Position numbers and translations under genes: made by a program. A model generated the notes under the pieces. The model was given only the letters and a program-made list of their open reading frames with translations. It had not been told where the DNA came from and searched no databases. Source: Octopus sinensis (lineage: Eukaryota). From it: a stretch of 64,000 nucleotides of DNA. Shown one piece after another: positions 14,291 through 27,989 of this stretch. The stretch spans positions 24,192,464 through 24,256,463 of the forward strand of contig NC_043011.1 of the NCBI RefSeq assembly GCF_006345805.1, written 5' to 3'. Within the stretch, counting starts at the first letter, position 1. The number at the start of each line of letters is the position of its first letter.

Positions 14291-15649
14291 AACTAAAAGG
14301 GATTCTAGTAGAGAGGGAGTTGGTTATATGCAAGTTGTTGAGAGGTTGAAGTATGAGAAATGAGGCAGATATACTAGTATTAATAAAATAAGAGCAGTTA
14401 CAATCAAAAATGGTTTATATAGAAACAGATGCAACTGTAATATGTACTCTCACCACAAATTTCCCATTGTATAATAATGGAGATAATACATTTTAAAAAG
14501 TTAAAAGTTTAACTCCTTGTGAAGTTCAGTAATCAAATCAAAATTCTATTTTGATAGCAAGTATGAAATTTCTATGGATAATGTTTGCATTACAATGTGA
14601 TGCATGACACTGTGATCAAATTCTCAAAGTAAATTCAACAGCTGGCGCTTGCATGTGTGTGTGGAAGGGGAGAGGAGACTATTTGTAGAAAATCTAAAAT
14701 AAGATAAAGAAGAATAAGTGTATACTTCTATAAAGTAAAATGCAGTAATGCTAAAACAAAAATTATGTGGAAGAGAATAAAAAGCCATACAATTTCCAAC
14801 AACACTTAAGGCCATGTTGCATATAGTTTTGCACTGTCATAAATATAAACTATACACATATGCTTCAGTGGAATGAAAGATGTAGAATATATAATACAAG
14901 CTGATAAAAAAAATGACAAATCTAAATTCTTAGTGAGTGTAAACTAGCTGAGAAAATGGCTTGATACAAGCAGATGCATGTAGTGCAGCATAAAAGAAAA
15001 AAATTAGTGTTTATAAAAATCAGATTAAACCTTTTGATACCAAAATGCCTCTTTTCCTATGCAACAAACCTGACTATTTTAAAGTGCTCTTTTTAAACAA
15101 TAAAAAACAACATTAATTTCATGTAAGAATTTTTTGTTAGCTTAAAAGTTATTTTACTAAATTCCTCCAAGTTCTTGAATGTATTCCAAACCGAAACACA
15201 TAAGCATAGTATTTTCTAAAAAATATCATTGGGAAACATTGAAAAATGAACAAATGAATGATTGATGATAGTCACAAAACTGTAGAGTTAAATAAATGTT
15301 ATAGAACCTGTGAGAAAGACACAGTAAAATGAAAAGTAAACTGACAGTGGCAATATAAGAAAGATTTTTTTCCCCCCCACAATTTATTGGCTTCATAAAA
15401 AGTAGTGAGTTGGTAGAAAGCATAGTGTATTCAGTTCCAGACCTTTACGTTTATCCATTAAAATCCAACCTGAATTGACTTTGTTATTCACCCATACAGA
15501 CATGATAAAGTACCTTTCATGTATTGGAGTCAATTAAATCAACTACGTACATATCTCCACAAAATGTGTGGCCTAGTGCCAAAGTTAAAAATTATCGACT
15601 TAATGTAAGTTGTATCATACTAGCATGTTTCACGAGTGCTTCCTACAGA

Positions 15650-15940
15650 AAACTATTTTTTCTTTCAAGATCTATTTAAGTTTCCTTAGCCTACCTACAT
15701 TTGAACAACCATCACTACTTACTCACAACCATTTTCTTCTATCCAATAGGCATCACACTTCCTCATCACATAAGTAAATTAACACAGAGCTCCTGCATGC
15801 AATCAATCAATTTATTCACTTTCTAAATCCACTTGCACATCCAATGAATCACACTCAGCTTGTTCCTTCAGACACTGCAATTTCTTCAACTATCTGTGAT
15901 TCATTGCCATACAATATTTCCCACAGGTTAAAACCTGCAA
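15650..15940 (-). mobile_element. Decayed RTE LINE 3' fragment
   Basis: Minus strand resembles the RLRW..HV.R / GRPRK.W / DL C-terminal RTE region also seen, better preserved, at 45.9-46.3 kb; boundaries approximate. Confidence 0.35.
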
Positions 15941-17968
15941 AGTTAAGAGGTGATTGCAAGTAGACATTTAGGATTCTACACCTGTTGCCATATGATAATT
16001 CCAGCTATATAATAAACAGGATCGAAATATTTAGTGAAAAACCTAGAATATTTCTCAATTCAGCTTGTATATTAGAATTCTGTAAGATTCAAATCCATAG
16101 AAAAATAAATGGCAGTGGTTCATTTAAAACATTTTGCAGAATTGTATTGAAACAAAAGTACTAAGCCTAAGAATAACAGTATGTACTAAATGATGAAGAA
16201 TGAATAAAAGATGAAGTAAGGAAAAACTAACATCATTCAATATATGTAAGAGACAAAAATTCCTCACAATCCATACTCTTACTTGGTATTGATGATACCA
16301 AAATAGATTTCAGATAATGCAAAGTATAAGAAAGATGACAGAATGTGAAAACAAGATAAGAGTATTGAAAATGCAAACGAACCTATGTTGACAAAGCATA
16401 CCACTTAAGTGGTTAATTTGTGGATTGATTCATAACTGGGAAGAATTACAAATAATCCTCAATATTATTTTACACTTAAGAGCAGCTTCTTCATTTACAA
16501 GATTAAATTAGTTTTTAGTTACTGTTATGAAAGAAAGGGCTAAGTAATTTTGAAACCATTGCCTTCAGTTGTTGGATTTTATTTCCCTTTGAGCAAAAGC
16601 CACTACTCTTTCACTTGTTTCAATCACGGCAAGGCACTGCTTTTAGGGTATTGTTAATCATACTGACACCAGTAAAATAAACACCAGGCTTTTCAGACTG
16701 GTACTTATTTTATCAATCTCTATTTAACAATTCACTAAGCTACATTCTGTGATATAAAGTGATACAACTTAAAACTAATTTAAAATGATAAACAGGCTTA
16801 CACACACACACACACACACAATGAGCTTCTATAAAGCCCCCTCTATCAAATTGCACTCTAAGCATTGCCTCAATAAATACTATAGTAGATGGCTGTTGCC
16901 AAAGTTTTGCAAAGTGGAATCAAACTCAATACCATGTGTATGGAACCAAACTTAATCACATGGTCATGTAGGTGCATTTAAAATATAAACAAATTCTTCA
17001 GCTATTAAGAAACTAATGTTTTGAAATTTACATAGCTGGTTAAGCAAAATTAGATATTTGCTCTTAAGTTATAACCACTATATCTAGTACTACAGATTCT
17101 GAATGACAACCTCAGCTAACAGAGAAAAAAGTTTAACATGATGTAAAAAAAAAAAAAAAGGTAACATTATTAATCCATTCGATAGTGTCTGTTCTCTTTG
17201 AAACACTGGACAAAAATTCAAAAGTAAATTACAAGACAGGTCTTTCTTCTTTTTTTTGCCAAGGACAAAAAAGATTCTGACATAAGAGCAATATTTTTTT
17301 TTATTAAAAAGAAGTGCATATTTGCTTTTTACTACAAAGATGAACATTGTCAAGTGAATATAACACATAAAAGATACAAGGATTACTAAGACTAAAGCAT
17401 TTCTATGTTATATGTTGATTCACATGCGCTAATGCTTTTATCAACTTTTATATTACACACAAATTTCAAAAAGCGATATTATTGGAAGATCAGTAACAGC
17501 AAAACCAATTTATGCTGTGAAAAAACTACATAAAACTGCATAGAGCATATAAATTAATCCTCTATAAGAAAGTACTTTTTTCTTTACTCTAAAACAATTT
17601 CGAAGTTATAACTTCTAGAAAGAAGATGTCTGTCTAACAATCAAAAGATTGCAGTTGTCAACCTCATAGGGTTTCATCAACTTTGATGCAGTTGAAATCA
17701 CATGTGATCTCTCATCCAAGCTGTGTTTTTATTGATTAATATCCAAAATAAATTAAGTGAAGTAGATTTAATAATTACAAGTATCCAAGGAAAATTATAT
17801 AACAGACTATAACATGAATTAATGTTATATTATTTCTAACATTGCTCTCAACCAATTTCGAGGATCATAATATCATTCTTAGCCACCCAGTTCTTTATAA
17901 GAGTTAGAACTTCTAAGCTGTATTAGACCAAGCTAGACATATATTTTCTAATATAAAATTAATTCATA

Positions 17969-18350
17969 TGGGAAGCACTCCGTCGGTTACGACGACGAGG
18001 GTTCCGGTTGATCCGAATCAACGGAACAGCCTGCTCGTGAAATTAACGTGTAAGTGGCTGAGCACTCCACAGACACGTGTACCCTTAACGTAGTTCTCGG
18101 GGATATTCAGCGTGACACAGAGAGTGACAAGGCCGGCCCTTTGAAATACAGGTACAACAGAAACAGGAAGTAAGAGTGAGAGAAAGTCGTGGTGAAAGAG
18201 TACAACAGGGATCACCACCATCCCTTGCCGGAGCCTCGTGGAGCTTTAGGTGTTTTCACTCAATAAACACTCACAACGCCCGGTCTGGGAATCAAAACCG
18301 CGATTCCTATGACCACGAGTCCGCTGCCCTAACCACTGAGCCATTGCGCC
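17969..18350 (-). mobile_element. Young full-length tRNA-derived SINE (family C)
   Basis: Minus strand starts GGCGCAATGGCTCAGTGGTTAGGGCAGCGGACTCG (A box TGGCTCAGTGG) with B-box-like GGTTTTGATTCC; CpG-rich; flanked by an approximate target duplication ATTAATT(T)CAT. Confidence 0.9.
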
Positions 18351-18479
18351 ATTAATTTCATTCAACTGTAATTTCTGAATTTACACAACAAGATTTTAGA
18401 TGTTCAACATATTCATAGACAGTTTGGTTAAGAGAGTATTAATAATTGTTCCTAGACCAAAAATATAACTGACCTGTGG

Positions 18480-18554
18480 TTGACCAATTACATATGGCTC
18501 CAACAGCTGATAAATTGTGATTTATCATTGTTGGAGCTATGCATAGTTGATTAG
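18480..18554 (+). ncRNA. Pri-miRNA-like hairpin (unvalidated)
   Basis: Hand-folded: 22-bp upper stem 18493-18541 with one bulge, UGUG loop, 2x2 internal loop, then about 10 more pairs; 6 G-U pairs favour the + strand. Confidence 0.3.
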
Positions 18555-19447
18555 TGCAAACCAATTATGATTTAACAAAACTATGATCAAAGACATTCCA
18601 GCTACGACTATGTATAAGGTATAAGAACCACATTGTCCAATGTTTGTTTTATAAAATAGCAGGATGTGATGTGAGAGAGAGATTTGGTTGCTATGTCTTG
18701 CAAGTCAAGTGATCATAGCTCTATTTAGCTCAATGCAACTACAGGTCATCTAGTAAATAACCCCAAAACTGTTTGTTATGGAAACAGTAGAGATACTTTG
18801 TTATAGGAAACTAATTTACATAGATAATGTAAAATATCTTACACATCAAGACTGTAATTTCCTTTAGTCTGTCCAGGAAAAAAAGGGATGGAAGATATTT
18901 AATACAAATATGTCATAATATATCTCCAGAAATAAGATACTATGACATATGTAAAATGTTTAATATACGTCAAACATGAAATTCTAGACACGGTTACTCT
19001 ATATCACATTTGTAAAGACACAGTTCTCTCAAACAAATGTTTTTACATTGAATGTTCTTAGACATAAGTTGTTACATGCAATATGGCTTGGGAATATACT
19101 TTTGCCACTATAAATGATATCAAGTAATGTTACATAGGTGCACAATAATTATAATTTTTTTTCAAATCATAAAATAAAATAAATTCAAATTTTCAAGATA
19201 TAAATATTAAATTATTACATTGAATAAAACAAATTACCTCATTTATATTTGTAAAAAAATATATTATCAATAACAATAATACCTTTTAACTATCTAACAA
19301 GTACAGAAGCAACATTGATTAATTCCTTATAAGGTAGCTTGACATTTTCAGCATGAACTAGCAACCAACAATTAGTATTGATGATTGATATTTAATGTAC
19401 TCTCTATCACACATATTTATACACACATATCTTAAAATTACTACCAG

Positions 19448-19500
<53 letters not shown>

Positions 19501-21295
19501 GTATGTATGAAGTGAACGAAAAAAGTATCTCTCCACACATTTTTGGTTGGAGTTATATACATTTAACAAATCTGACTCAGTTTCACATAAAGTTTTATAG
19601 GCATAGGATATGTTCACATCTCATATGTTTCAAGATAGAGTAAAGAGAAATTATAAATGGCTTCAGATGAGAGTATTTAAGCTTACATTGTTCAGCTCAG
19701 GTCATGCATTTGATTTTGCTATCATAGTAACATAATTTCTTTTAGGTGGGTCTACACAGTAGAACAGACAGGATGTTGGCATCACTTAATTAGCACTTGC
19801 AGGGTATGGATAATCCAGCAACTTCAACTTCTTATACTGGATGCTTTACATGGTAGGACAGAGAAGAAAATGGTACCATTTTGACAGGATATGGTGCCTA
19901 TTTGATAGAATATATTTCAGCAACAGTTCCCTTATAGGGCAGCAACCAATTTGATGGCATCAGGTCACATGAATTTGTGTGACCAGTACAAGTGACTGTA
20001 GTCTATAATCTCAATGGGTAGAATTATATACATGGACATTGTGTATGTGTGGTGGGGTAGCTAGGCCTAGGGCAGCATATCCAAGTTATTATTGGCCAAT
20101 GCCATGAAGATATATGTATATATGTACATATGCATGCAAAACACATGTTTGAAAATTCATATGGTTGGGGTAAGCCTAAGTTTCAAATAAATATATATTT
20201 ATGTACACACATATTCTTAGTCTCATGTGTATGCTAATAAAGTGAAGGAAAGACTAAGTCTCCTGTGACTAAGAATCTGTAGAAAACATTACTCAGGGTG
20301 ATGTTTTTATTCCATGTGCTTTAAGCACATTGAAAGAAGCAGCTGTAGGAATAGGAATAGGAGAGAGTGGAGATAGAGAAGTAGTAATAGCAAGAAGCAA
20401 AAGTAAAGGAGTAAATTACAATTAATAGGTTGTAATTCAGCTCAATAATTGCAACTAAGTTGTAATTGTATAAGAGGAGGTGTAGCAAAAGTGGTAGACA
20501 ATAAGTGAGGAAGGAAGGCAGAGAGTAATGCCACATAAAGTAGTGTGATATTTTTAACATGAGCAAGCAATCAACACTAATGTTAGTTTGATATGTAAGT
20601 TTGGAGCCTGCTTTATCGCATCTACAGCTTTTTCAAAACATAACAAGGAACTATACCACATGAACCAGTGTCACTTGGGTTTAAACCAAATCTTGATGTG
20701 TTATATAAAGTGAAGGTCACAAAAAAATGAGATGGCTGTAGACGGAATACATTTTAGCATAGGTCTACTTAATTAAGGTTGATGGGGGAGGGGAGGCCCA
20801 AGCAACAACCAAACAATATAGCACCCCAGAAATCACTGTTCTTTACTGTCACTAGCAAAGTCAATTACATGGTATTAAAATTGTAAAATTTATCAAATAT
20901 ACATCTATGTCATACTTATTAAACAATGAACAATATTTCAATACAAAGTAAAATTAGATTTTAAAACATTTACATACGCAGGTGCTCCATGTGTGTGTGT
21001 GTGTATGTGTGTGTGTGTGTTTGTTTCTGGTAAGAAAATGGGAGATTGATTTATTTCAGTTTATTGAAACCAGTAGCAGAGGTTAATAAGGATGTGAATA
21101 TTTTCTTTCATTCATTCATGTTAAAGTTCTCAAAGCAACTTCTCTTTTTGATTTTCAATGAAAGCTATTAATCTAGATACAAGGCAGTTCCCATAACTAT
21201 ATGAAAGAAAGAAAATGAATTAGAGTGAACAAGAGAATGTGAGAGTGAATGAGAAAGAGAATGTGAGAGTGAATGAGAAAGAGACAGGCCGAATA

Positions 21296-22547
21296 TTGGG
21301 TCATTCCATAAATAATGCAGTTTTTTTCAATTGCATGAACTAAAAGTCGGAGGTGGACAGAATAAGCTATCTGTTTCAATGTGCTATAAAAGCAGGTAGC
21401 AATTTTACCTTGTCCTTAGTGCAAGTTTTGAAGAGTGCAGTTCAATTTTAACAGTTATTTTTCCAAAGCTATAATGGAAGTGACAAAGGAGCATATTCAG
21501 CATATTTATGAATTCAATAAAGGCAACAACACAATGGGAAGTGCGAGGAATATTAATGCAGTATATGGGGATCAGACAATAAGCATAAGCCAGCATCAAT
21601 GGTGGTTCCAAAAATTCCGAGCTGTAACTACAGCCTAGAAAACAAGCCTCATCTTGGAAGTGCTGTAGAGCTCAACAAGGACGTCCTGCAAACCCTGGTG
21701 GAACAAAATCTCATCATAACTGTTGAGGAATTAGCAGAAAGGCTTGGATTTGGTCATTCAACCATTCATCAACACCTGCATGCCATCAGAAAAATCAGCA
21801 AACTGGGTCAATGGGTTCCTTACCAATTTATCCAGTCTAATTGCATACAAAGAGTGAATGTGTGCTCTTCTTTGCTGTCACGTCCTATGAATGAACAGTT
21901 TTTGGACCTAATAGTGACTGGTGATGAGAAATGGGTTCTCTATAAAAATGGCAAGTGATGAAGACAGTGGGCAGGAAAAGGAGAAACACCGATACCCCAG
22001 GCTAAAGAAGGTCTTCACCCACATAAAATGTTATCTGTTTGGGTGGGATATGAAAGGTTTAGTCCACTTCAAACTGATAACAAGGGAGATCTACTGTGAA
22101 CAGCTTGAGTGGCTGAAGTCAGCACTAGAAGAAAAATTACCATCTTTGGTTTCAAGACGAAAGGTGTTCTTCCATTAGGATAATGCTCGGCCACATACAG
22201 TGAGGATGACATTCCAAAGGCTGGAGCAGTTTGAATGGAAACAATGCCCCACCCAGCATATTCACCAGATATTGCCCCCACCTGATTATCATTTATTCTG
22301 CAGTCTTCAAAATCATTTGGACGGAAAAAATATGAATTCTGTAGAGTGGTCAGAACAGTACTGGAGGAGTATTTTTCATCATAGACAAGTGAATTTTAGA
22401 GGAAGGGCCTTGCAAGTCTACCAGATTTTTGAAAGAGCATTGTAGAAAATGAAAGAGTATATTTTAGGTTATTAAGAACTTTGTTTACCTTAATTTTGGA
22501 AAATAAAATTAGTATTAAAAACCTGCATTATTTATGGGATGGCCCAA
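21296..22547 (+). mobile_element. Full-length mariner element 1 (mellifera/cecropia-like), 1252 bp, inactive
   Basis: TIRs TTGGGTCATTCCATAAATAATGCAGTTTTT versus reverse-complemented TTGGGCCATCCCATAAATAATGCAGGTTTT; TA at 21294-21295 and 22548-22549; internal transposase remnants. Confidence 0.95.
21474..22475 (+). pseudogene. Mariner transposase pseudogene
   Basis: MEVTKEHIQH start; WVPY (WVPHEL motif), IVTGDEKWVLY and DNARPH, with DYHLF.SLQNHL spread over several frames; multiple frameshifts and stops. Confidence 0.93.
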
Positions 22548-23138
22548 TACTTTTTGAACCTCAGCAGACAAGCAAAATGTGAAAGAAAGAAAAAAGAGCA
22601 TTTCCAGTATTCTTTTACTGAGGGAGAGTAAAATTCCTTAATTCAAATATTTTCTATCTTCATCTCCACAATATAGAATTTTATTTATGAAATGTCAAGA
22701 CTATAACCAGAAGTAATAGAAACTTACTGACTGATTCTAAATAAATAATGCATAGTTGTCTATCCTCTTGACAAACTGCCTCAATAAGTGATATTTATGA
22801 CCAAATATTATAAAGGTATTAAATATTGGTTCATAACTAAAAGGTATAGCCAAATATACAAGCAAAACAAAACTTGGTATAACACTGAATTGTAAGTATA
22901 ATGTGCATACAGAATATACAAAGCAAGCTAAGATCTCTACATTCAAACAGGATTATATTGTATAAATATGAATTTTTAATAATATAAAGCCTAAAGCCAA
23001 AACACTTAAAAAGTATAATCATTCTAAAAACCTATATCCATGTTGATAATGAAAATAGAAAATTACTGATTAATGAGGGGGAGAATTTGTTAAATCTTTT
23101 TTGCACAGAATTTCATGCCACACATATGTACATAAACA

Positions 23139-23159
23139 ATACATACATACATATATATA

Positions 23160-23222
<63 letters not shown>
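23139..23222. repeat. (TACA)n/(TA)n microsatellite
   Basis: Directly visible. Confidence 0.97.
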
Positions 23223-23225
<3 letters not shown>

Positions 23226-23699
23226 GTTATAGAAAATGTCAATATTTGTTCTGACTAATGCGCCTTGAAAAAAAGAAAACTATTTATCAGATAGTTAATC
23301 AGTTTCTAAATGTTTACTTCTGTTTAATTTTTACTAAAAAAAAATTTTAAATATGGACATGATACCTCTATGCTAATTCCAGAAAACATTATAGTTGTTT
23401 ATTTATTGAACTCCAGAAGTCTTGATTTGTAAACTAAGATTGTTTTGTCACGAAGTGCCATTCAATTGCATAATTTATTTTGCAAAGTAGGAAATTATTC
23501 TCCAAGTTGAGCTGTTTATTATTCTTAGAGGTATTTATTGGTTTTTCACTTCTCACTGAAATGTCTTCAAATTCCAGCAGAGAGTAAAAAAAAGTTGTTT
23601 TATCAGTATGCAAGACAATACATCTGGCTGTCACTGGTAAGTGAATATGGCTTAGTGACAAGTATCATACTTTTGCAAATAGTTTTAAATGTCTATGTA

Positions 23700-23942
23700 A
23701 TGCTAGCTGACACAGACACCTTCTCAGGCCCCTCATTCTTGATCCCCAGCAGCACATCCAGAGTGCAACAGCTGGTTGGAGAGGGAGTTGCACCTGCACC
23801 TAGTTGGTACTCATTTACAGCTGAGCAAACTGGAGCAATGTGAAATGAAATGCCTTGATCAAGAACATAACATGATGCAAGATCTAGGAACTGAACTCAT
23901 GACCTTATGATCATGAATTAAAGCTCCTAATCACTGGGTCAT
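23700..23942 (-). mobile_element. Decayed tRNA-derived SINE
   Basis: Plus strand GGTACTCATTTACAGCTGAGCAAACTGGAGCAATGTGAAATGAAATGCCTTGATCAAG followed by the reverse complement of a tRNA-like head (GAACTGAACTC...CCTAATCACTGGG). Confidence 0.65.
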
Positions 23943-24104
23943 ACATTAACCTCAACTATATATATGGTTATATATATATGCAAGAAGTGAGTGATGCATA
24001 GCAGTGTGGTAATAACTTTGTACATATTTTGATCTACATGAATCTTGAAACATTCTGTTACAAAAGGCTTTAGATGACTAAAGTATAGCAAATGAAAGAA
24101 AAAA

Positions 24105-24555
24105 GTTTCTAACTTTGGCACAAGGTCAGGAACATATTGAGGAAAGGGTTGTAGTTGTTTATATCAACATCAGTACTTCAATGATATTTATCTCCCTATT
24201 CCAAAGAAAGGAAAGCAAAGTCAAACCCAGTAACATTTAAACTCAGAATTTAAAAAGATAAAACTAAATACCAAGAAGCATTTACCTCAACATGTTACCA
24301 TTTCCACTGAATTCACCAGTCATAATAATAATCAGTAATAATTTCTAGTAGTGATAATTTCTAACATAAGACACATGTCTATACTTGCGGGGAAGGAAAG
24401 AAATGATTATATTGACCATGGAATTTGACTGCTAATAATTTGAATTGGCCCAAGAAGGGTGAACAGCATAGCTGATCCAAGTAGGATTTGAGATAAGAAT
24501 ATAAAAGCTCAGAACTGCAAACTACAAGACATATATGTCCAGCACTACTGATTCA
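24105..24555 (-). mobile_element. Two decayed family-B SINE copies in tandem
   Basis: Each resembles 12551-12755 (GGCACAAGG..., GAAAGCAAAGTCAAAC...TAAACTCAGAAT). Confidence 0.55.
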
Positions 24556-25317
24556 ATAATGTAGAATTCATAAAGCAATACAGTTATGTAATTTCAGTTC
24601 AAATGAGTTGTCATTACAAAGTATACACACAGAATTTCATTGTGCAGATCAGATACATACATATACTGTGTGTGTGTGTGTGTGTACATTTGTTGTCCTG
24701 TTAACTTAGTGGGTTAACCAATAAAGTTTGATAAAGTACCAAACTGAAATAAATTCTGATCTTGATATAAATAGCTAAATACTTGAAGGTGGAGTGCCAT
24801 AGTATAGTTGCAATCTCATGACTAAAAGAGCAGCAAAATATCTATTATATAACATACAATGCAAATTATCCTTCATTACTCCAAATTATTGTTTACCTCC
24901 TTGAATAATTATTACTGTGACATTCAAGTAAAAATGCTAAGATTGGTGCAGACAAGAGAGAATTACTAGGTTTGGAATTTAGCAACACTGGTCATTTATT
25001 ATACTTGTCTTTTTTTATAAAACAATTTAGAATATATATAATACCAGGAGAAAATATAAAGTCAGAAAATGTTCAGGCAAAGAACATTTAAGAAGAGGAA
25101 AAGCATTGAACATAGATGCTATAAGAAGGTGTATCACTGTTATTATTATTGAGTGAGAGAGCAATGTATACTGTCAAAGTGACACTGGGGTATAAATATA
25201 TGAAGTCTCATACAACCATCATAACTACCCATCTGATAACAGTACACCAGGCAAATGTAAACAAGATGAGGACAAATAACCATCAAATGTAAATAATGTA
25301 AATAATGCACACAGTGT

Positions 25318-25660
25318 TTGTTTTGGCTCTTTACATTTTGAGTTCAAATCTTGCTGAGGTTGATTTTTCCTTTCATCCTATCAGGATTAATAAAAAAAAA
25401 GCTACCAATCAAGTATTGGGGATAGTGTAATTGTCTAATTTCACACCCTAAAATTGCTGGCCTTGGACCAAGAGCTGAAATAATTACTAAAAGCATGATA
25501 AGCTGGCAGAATCCTTAGCACATGAGAAAAATGCATTGCAGTATTTGTTCCCACACTTTACATTCTGAGTTCAAATCCTTGCAAGGTCAATAAAAAAGAA
25601 GTATCAGTTAAATACTGGAGCCAATGTAATCAACTATCCTTCTCCAAATTTCAGGCCTTT
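25318..25660 (+). mobile_element. Two decayed family-B SINE copies in tandem
   Basis: GAGTTCAAATCTTGCTGAGGTTGATTTTTCCTTTCATCC and AGCTGGCAGAATCCTTAGCAC...CTGAGTTCAAATCC match the minus strand of 12551-12755. Confidence 0.65.
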
Positions 25661-26419
25661 AAATATTATCAGTATTATATATCATATAATCTATATATTA
25701 CATTATTCATATAATAAAACCAATTTTCTTTCTCCCTACTTCTACTTTAGAAGTAAAACATCAGTTTTCAAATCTTTAAGAACTTTTTAAAAAATTGTTT
25801 CTTTTTTTAAATGACAATAATAGATTAGTTTTGTAAATCTAATCAGCCCGTAGGGTACCATAAGTACCTATTTTTTTTAGTTTTTCACATACCAGTTGAG
25901 AAATCCAGTGCTAACATTTTTTCTCCTTTCTTTTACGGTGAATATATTTACACCTAATGCAAGTCAAAAGATCTAAGGTTTTGACACAGCATATTATTAA
26001 ATAACCTTAGCTCCAACTATTAATATAAGTTGAAAGTTCTTTATCTACAGTTAACACCCAATCAGCCAATATATTATCAAGTACAAACCATTAATGAAAA
26101 GTGAACTTAATAATTCATTCATTCCTATTTCTAGAGAGGAAGTAGACATTGATTTTTACCCATGTTTTTCTACTGTGACATGGGTTGGACAAGCAGTCAT
26201 GTGCATCATCTTGCAATAAAGAAAACCAACCAATCAGCTGTTTATTTAGCATTTTATCATGCCTCTGGTACTTGGGATGTTCCTTGCAAGAGTTTCTTCT
26301 ACCACAACAGGCAGAATCCACATCTCTCACAGATTCCATTTTCATATGTTTACTATGATTGGATATCCTTTCTATTGCCATCTTAATTATAATAGTGCAA
26401 CAATATACTATGTGAAAAA

Positions 26420-26725
26420 TGATAGAGAAGCACCAAAGAAGAGGTACAAGAACTCCCTAGTTGCTTGCAATATTGATCATCATCAGAGTTCTGTTTTTGC
26501 TGCTGACTGTGAAGCCTGGTGACTTTATTGTCCAATGGGAAACGGCCTTCTCTGAAGACACCCACAGGACTATCCTTGCGGACAGGAGAAAAAGGAGGGA
26601 AAACAAGGATACTGTAGCCAGCCCTGATTAGCCTACCTTCCCATGCAGTCTCTGCAGTTGTACCTGTTTGTCCTGAATTGGACTCATTGGACTCCAGCAA
26701 GACTGCAACAGACATGAACATCCTC
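26420..26725 (+). mobile_element. RTE-clade LINE 3' end fragment
   Basis: Translates as PKKRYKNSLVACNIDHHQSSVFAADCEAW* and then, after a frameshift, ...ADRRKRREN...FPCSLCSCTCLS*IGLIGLQQDC, the RTE C-terminal Zn-knuckle-like motif. Confidence 0.8.
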
Positions 26726-27989
26726 CTCCACAAATCTTTGCTTGCAAAGCCAAGCAAAGATGTGAAAAGTGTGCAAGCAATATATAGTGACAGGTTCTGG
26801 TTTAGCTAAGTGAATGGAATTTGTGATTAACTGTCAAGCAGTCTTTCTCCTGAATTGGAACGAGTTATGTTAGCTTATTCTCAGAATACACATGAATTCT
26901 AAGGAAGCAGGGTATTTATTTTCTCACAAAAAATAATAAACATTCAAAGAGACTTAATGGAAAAATTTTGAAACTGAAAATTATTTTAACAGGACCAGAA
27001 ATGTTGAGGGTAATGTATAAATAATTATATTGACTCATGTACATGACTTGTACTCTATTTTATTAACCTCTGAAGTTGACGGATAGGTTTTAAACATAAA
27101 GAGTAGTAATAGGAAAATTAAGGCATTCCATTTGTTACTTGTTCAATTTTCACCAAGAGTACAAAAAAAAATGTAAAAACAGAGAAATATAATCATATCG
27201 TAGATATGACAAAATAATGGAAATCATACTACTGTCTGTGAATGATATATCAAAATAAGACAGTAATTTTATGTTTGAGTGAATGGATGGTCAGTCAATT
27301 TGTGCACCAGTCGGCATTTCTATAGTTAAAAGCATAGTTACAAAACATTCTAAGTCTGTCAGTATAAATTTCCTAATTCCCAAAGCAGAATTAATGGAAG
27401 AAAAAGATTTAAGCACAAGAGAGGACTGAAGAATTAATATTTAATGTAGCAAATTCCAAGGTTTTATTAATTAAGATTTCTATGACATGTTGCCAACAAC
27501 CTTATTCACTTAAGAGAAAAAGGAAATAAATTGTATAGCATAAATTACAAAGTATACTGATCGTGACTTTGAAGTGGAGTTTACAAATGGTACTCATTAA
27601 GTAACAGCTTTACAGCTCGTACATTTGTTTTTAATAGAACGGACCACAAAGCTACTTATAGTAATTAGTGTTAAGATATCAGTATAGCACACATAGTTAA
27701 GTATATGGTTACAATGGCAAAAGTCTGCAAGAATTAGATGAGAATTATCTACAGAAAAATCACTGTAGAGAGAAGACCAATTTCAAATGAACTAAATATC
27801 ATTGTCATCATTTTAATGTCTATTTTCCCATGCTTACAAGGGCTGGATAGAGTTTACAGAGGTAGATTTTCTACAGCCAACTCTTATCTGGTTCCAAGTA
27901 AGGTAACATTTCATCATGACCACATATTTTCACAGATTATTGGAAATGAATGACACTGCTTCTTTGAGAGTGACACTCATTTTACAACT

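Noticed and set aside
18270-18350. tRNA-like sequence
   Set aside because: It is the SINE head: no complete cloverleaf, and it continues into SINE body.
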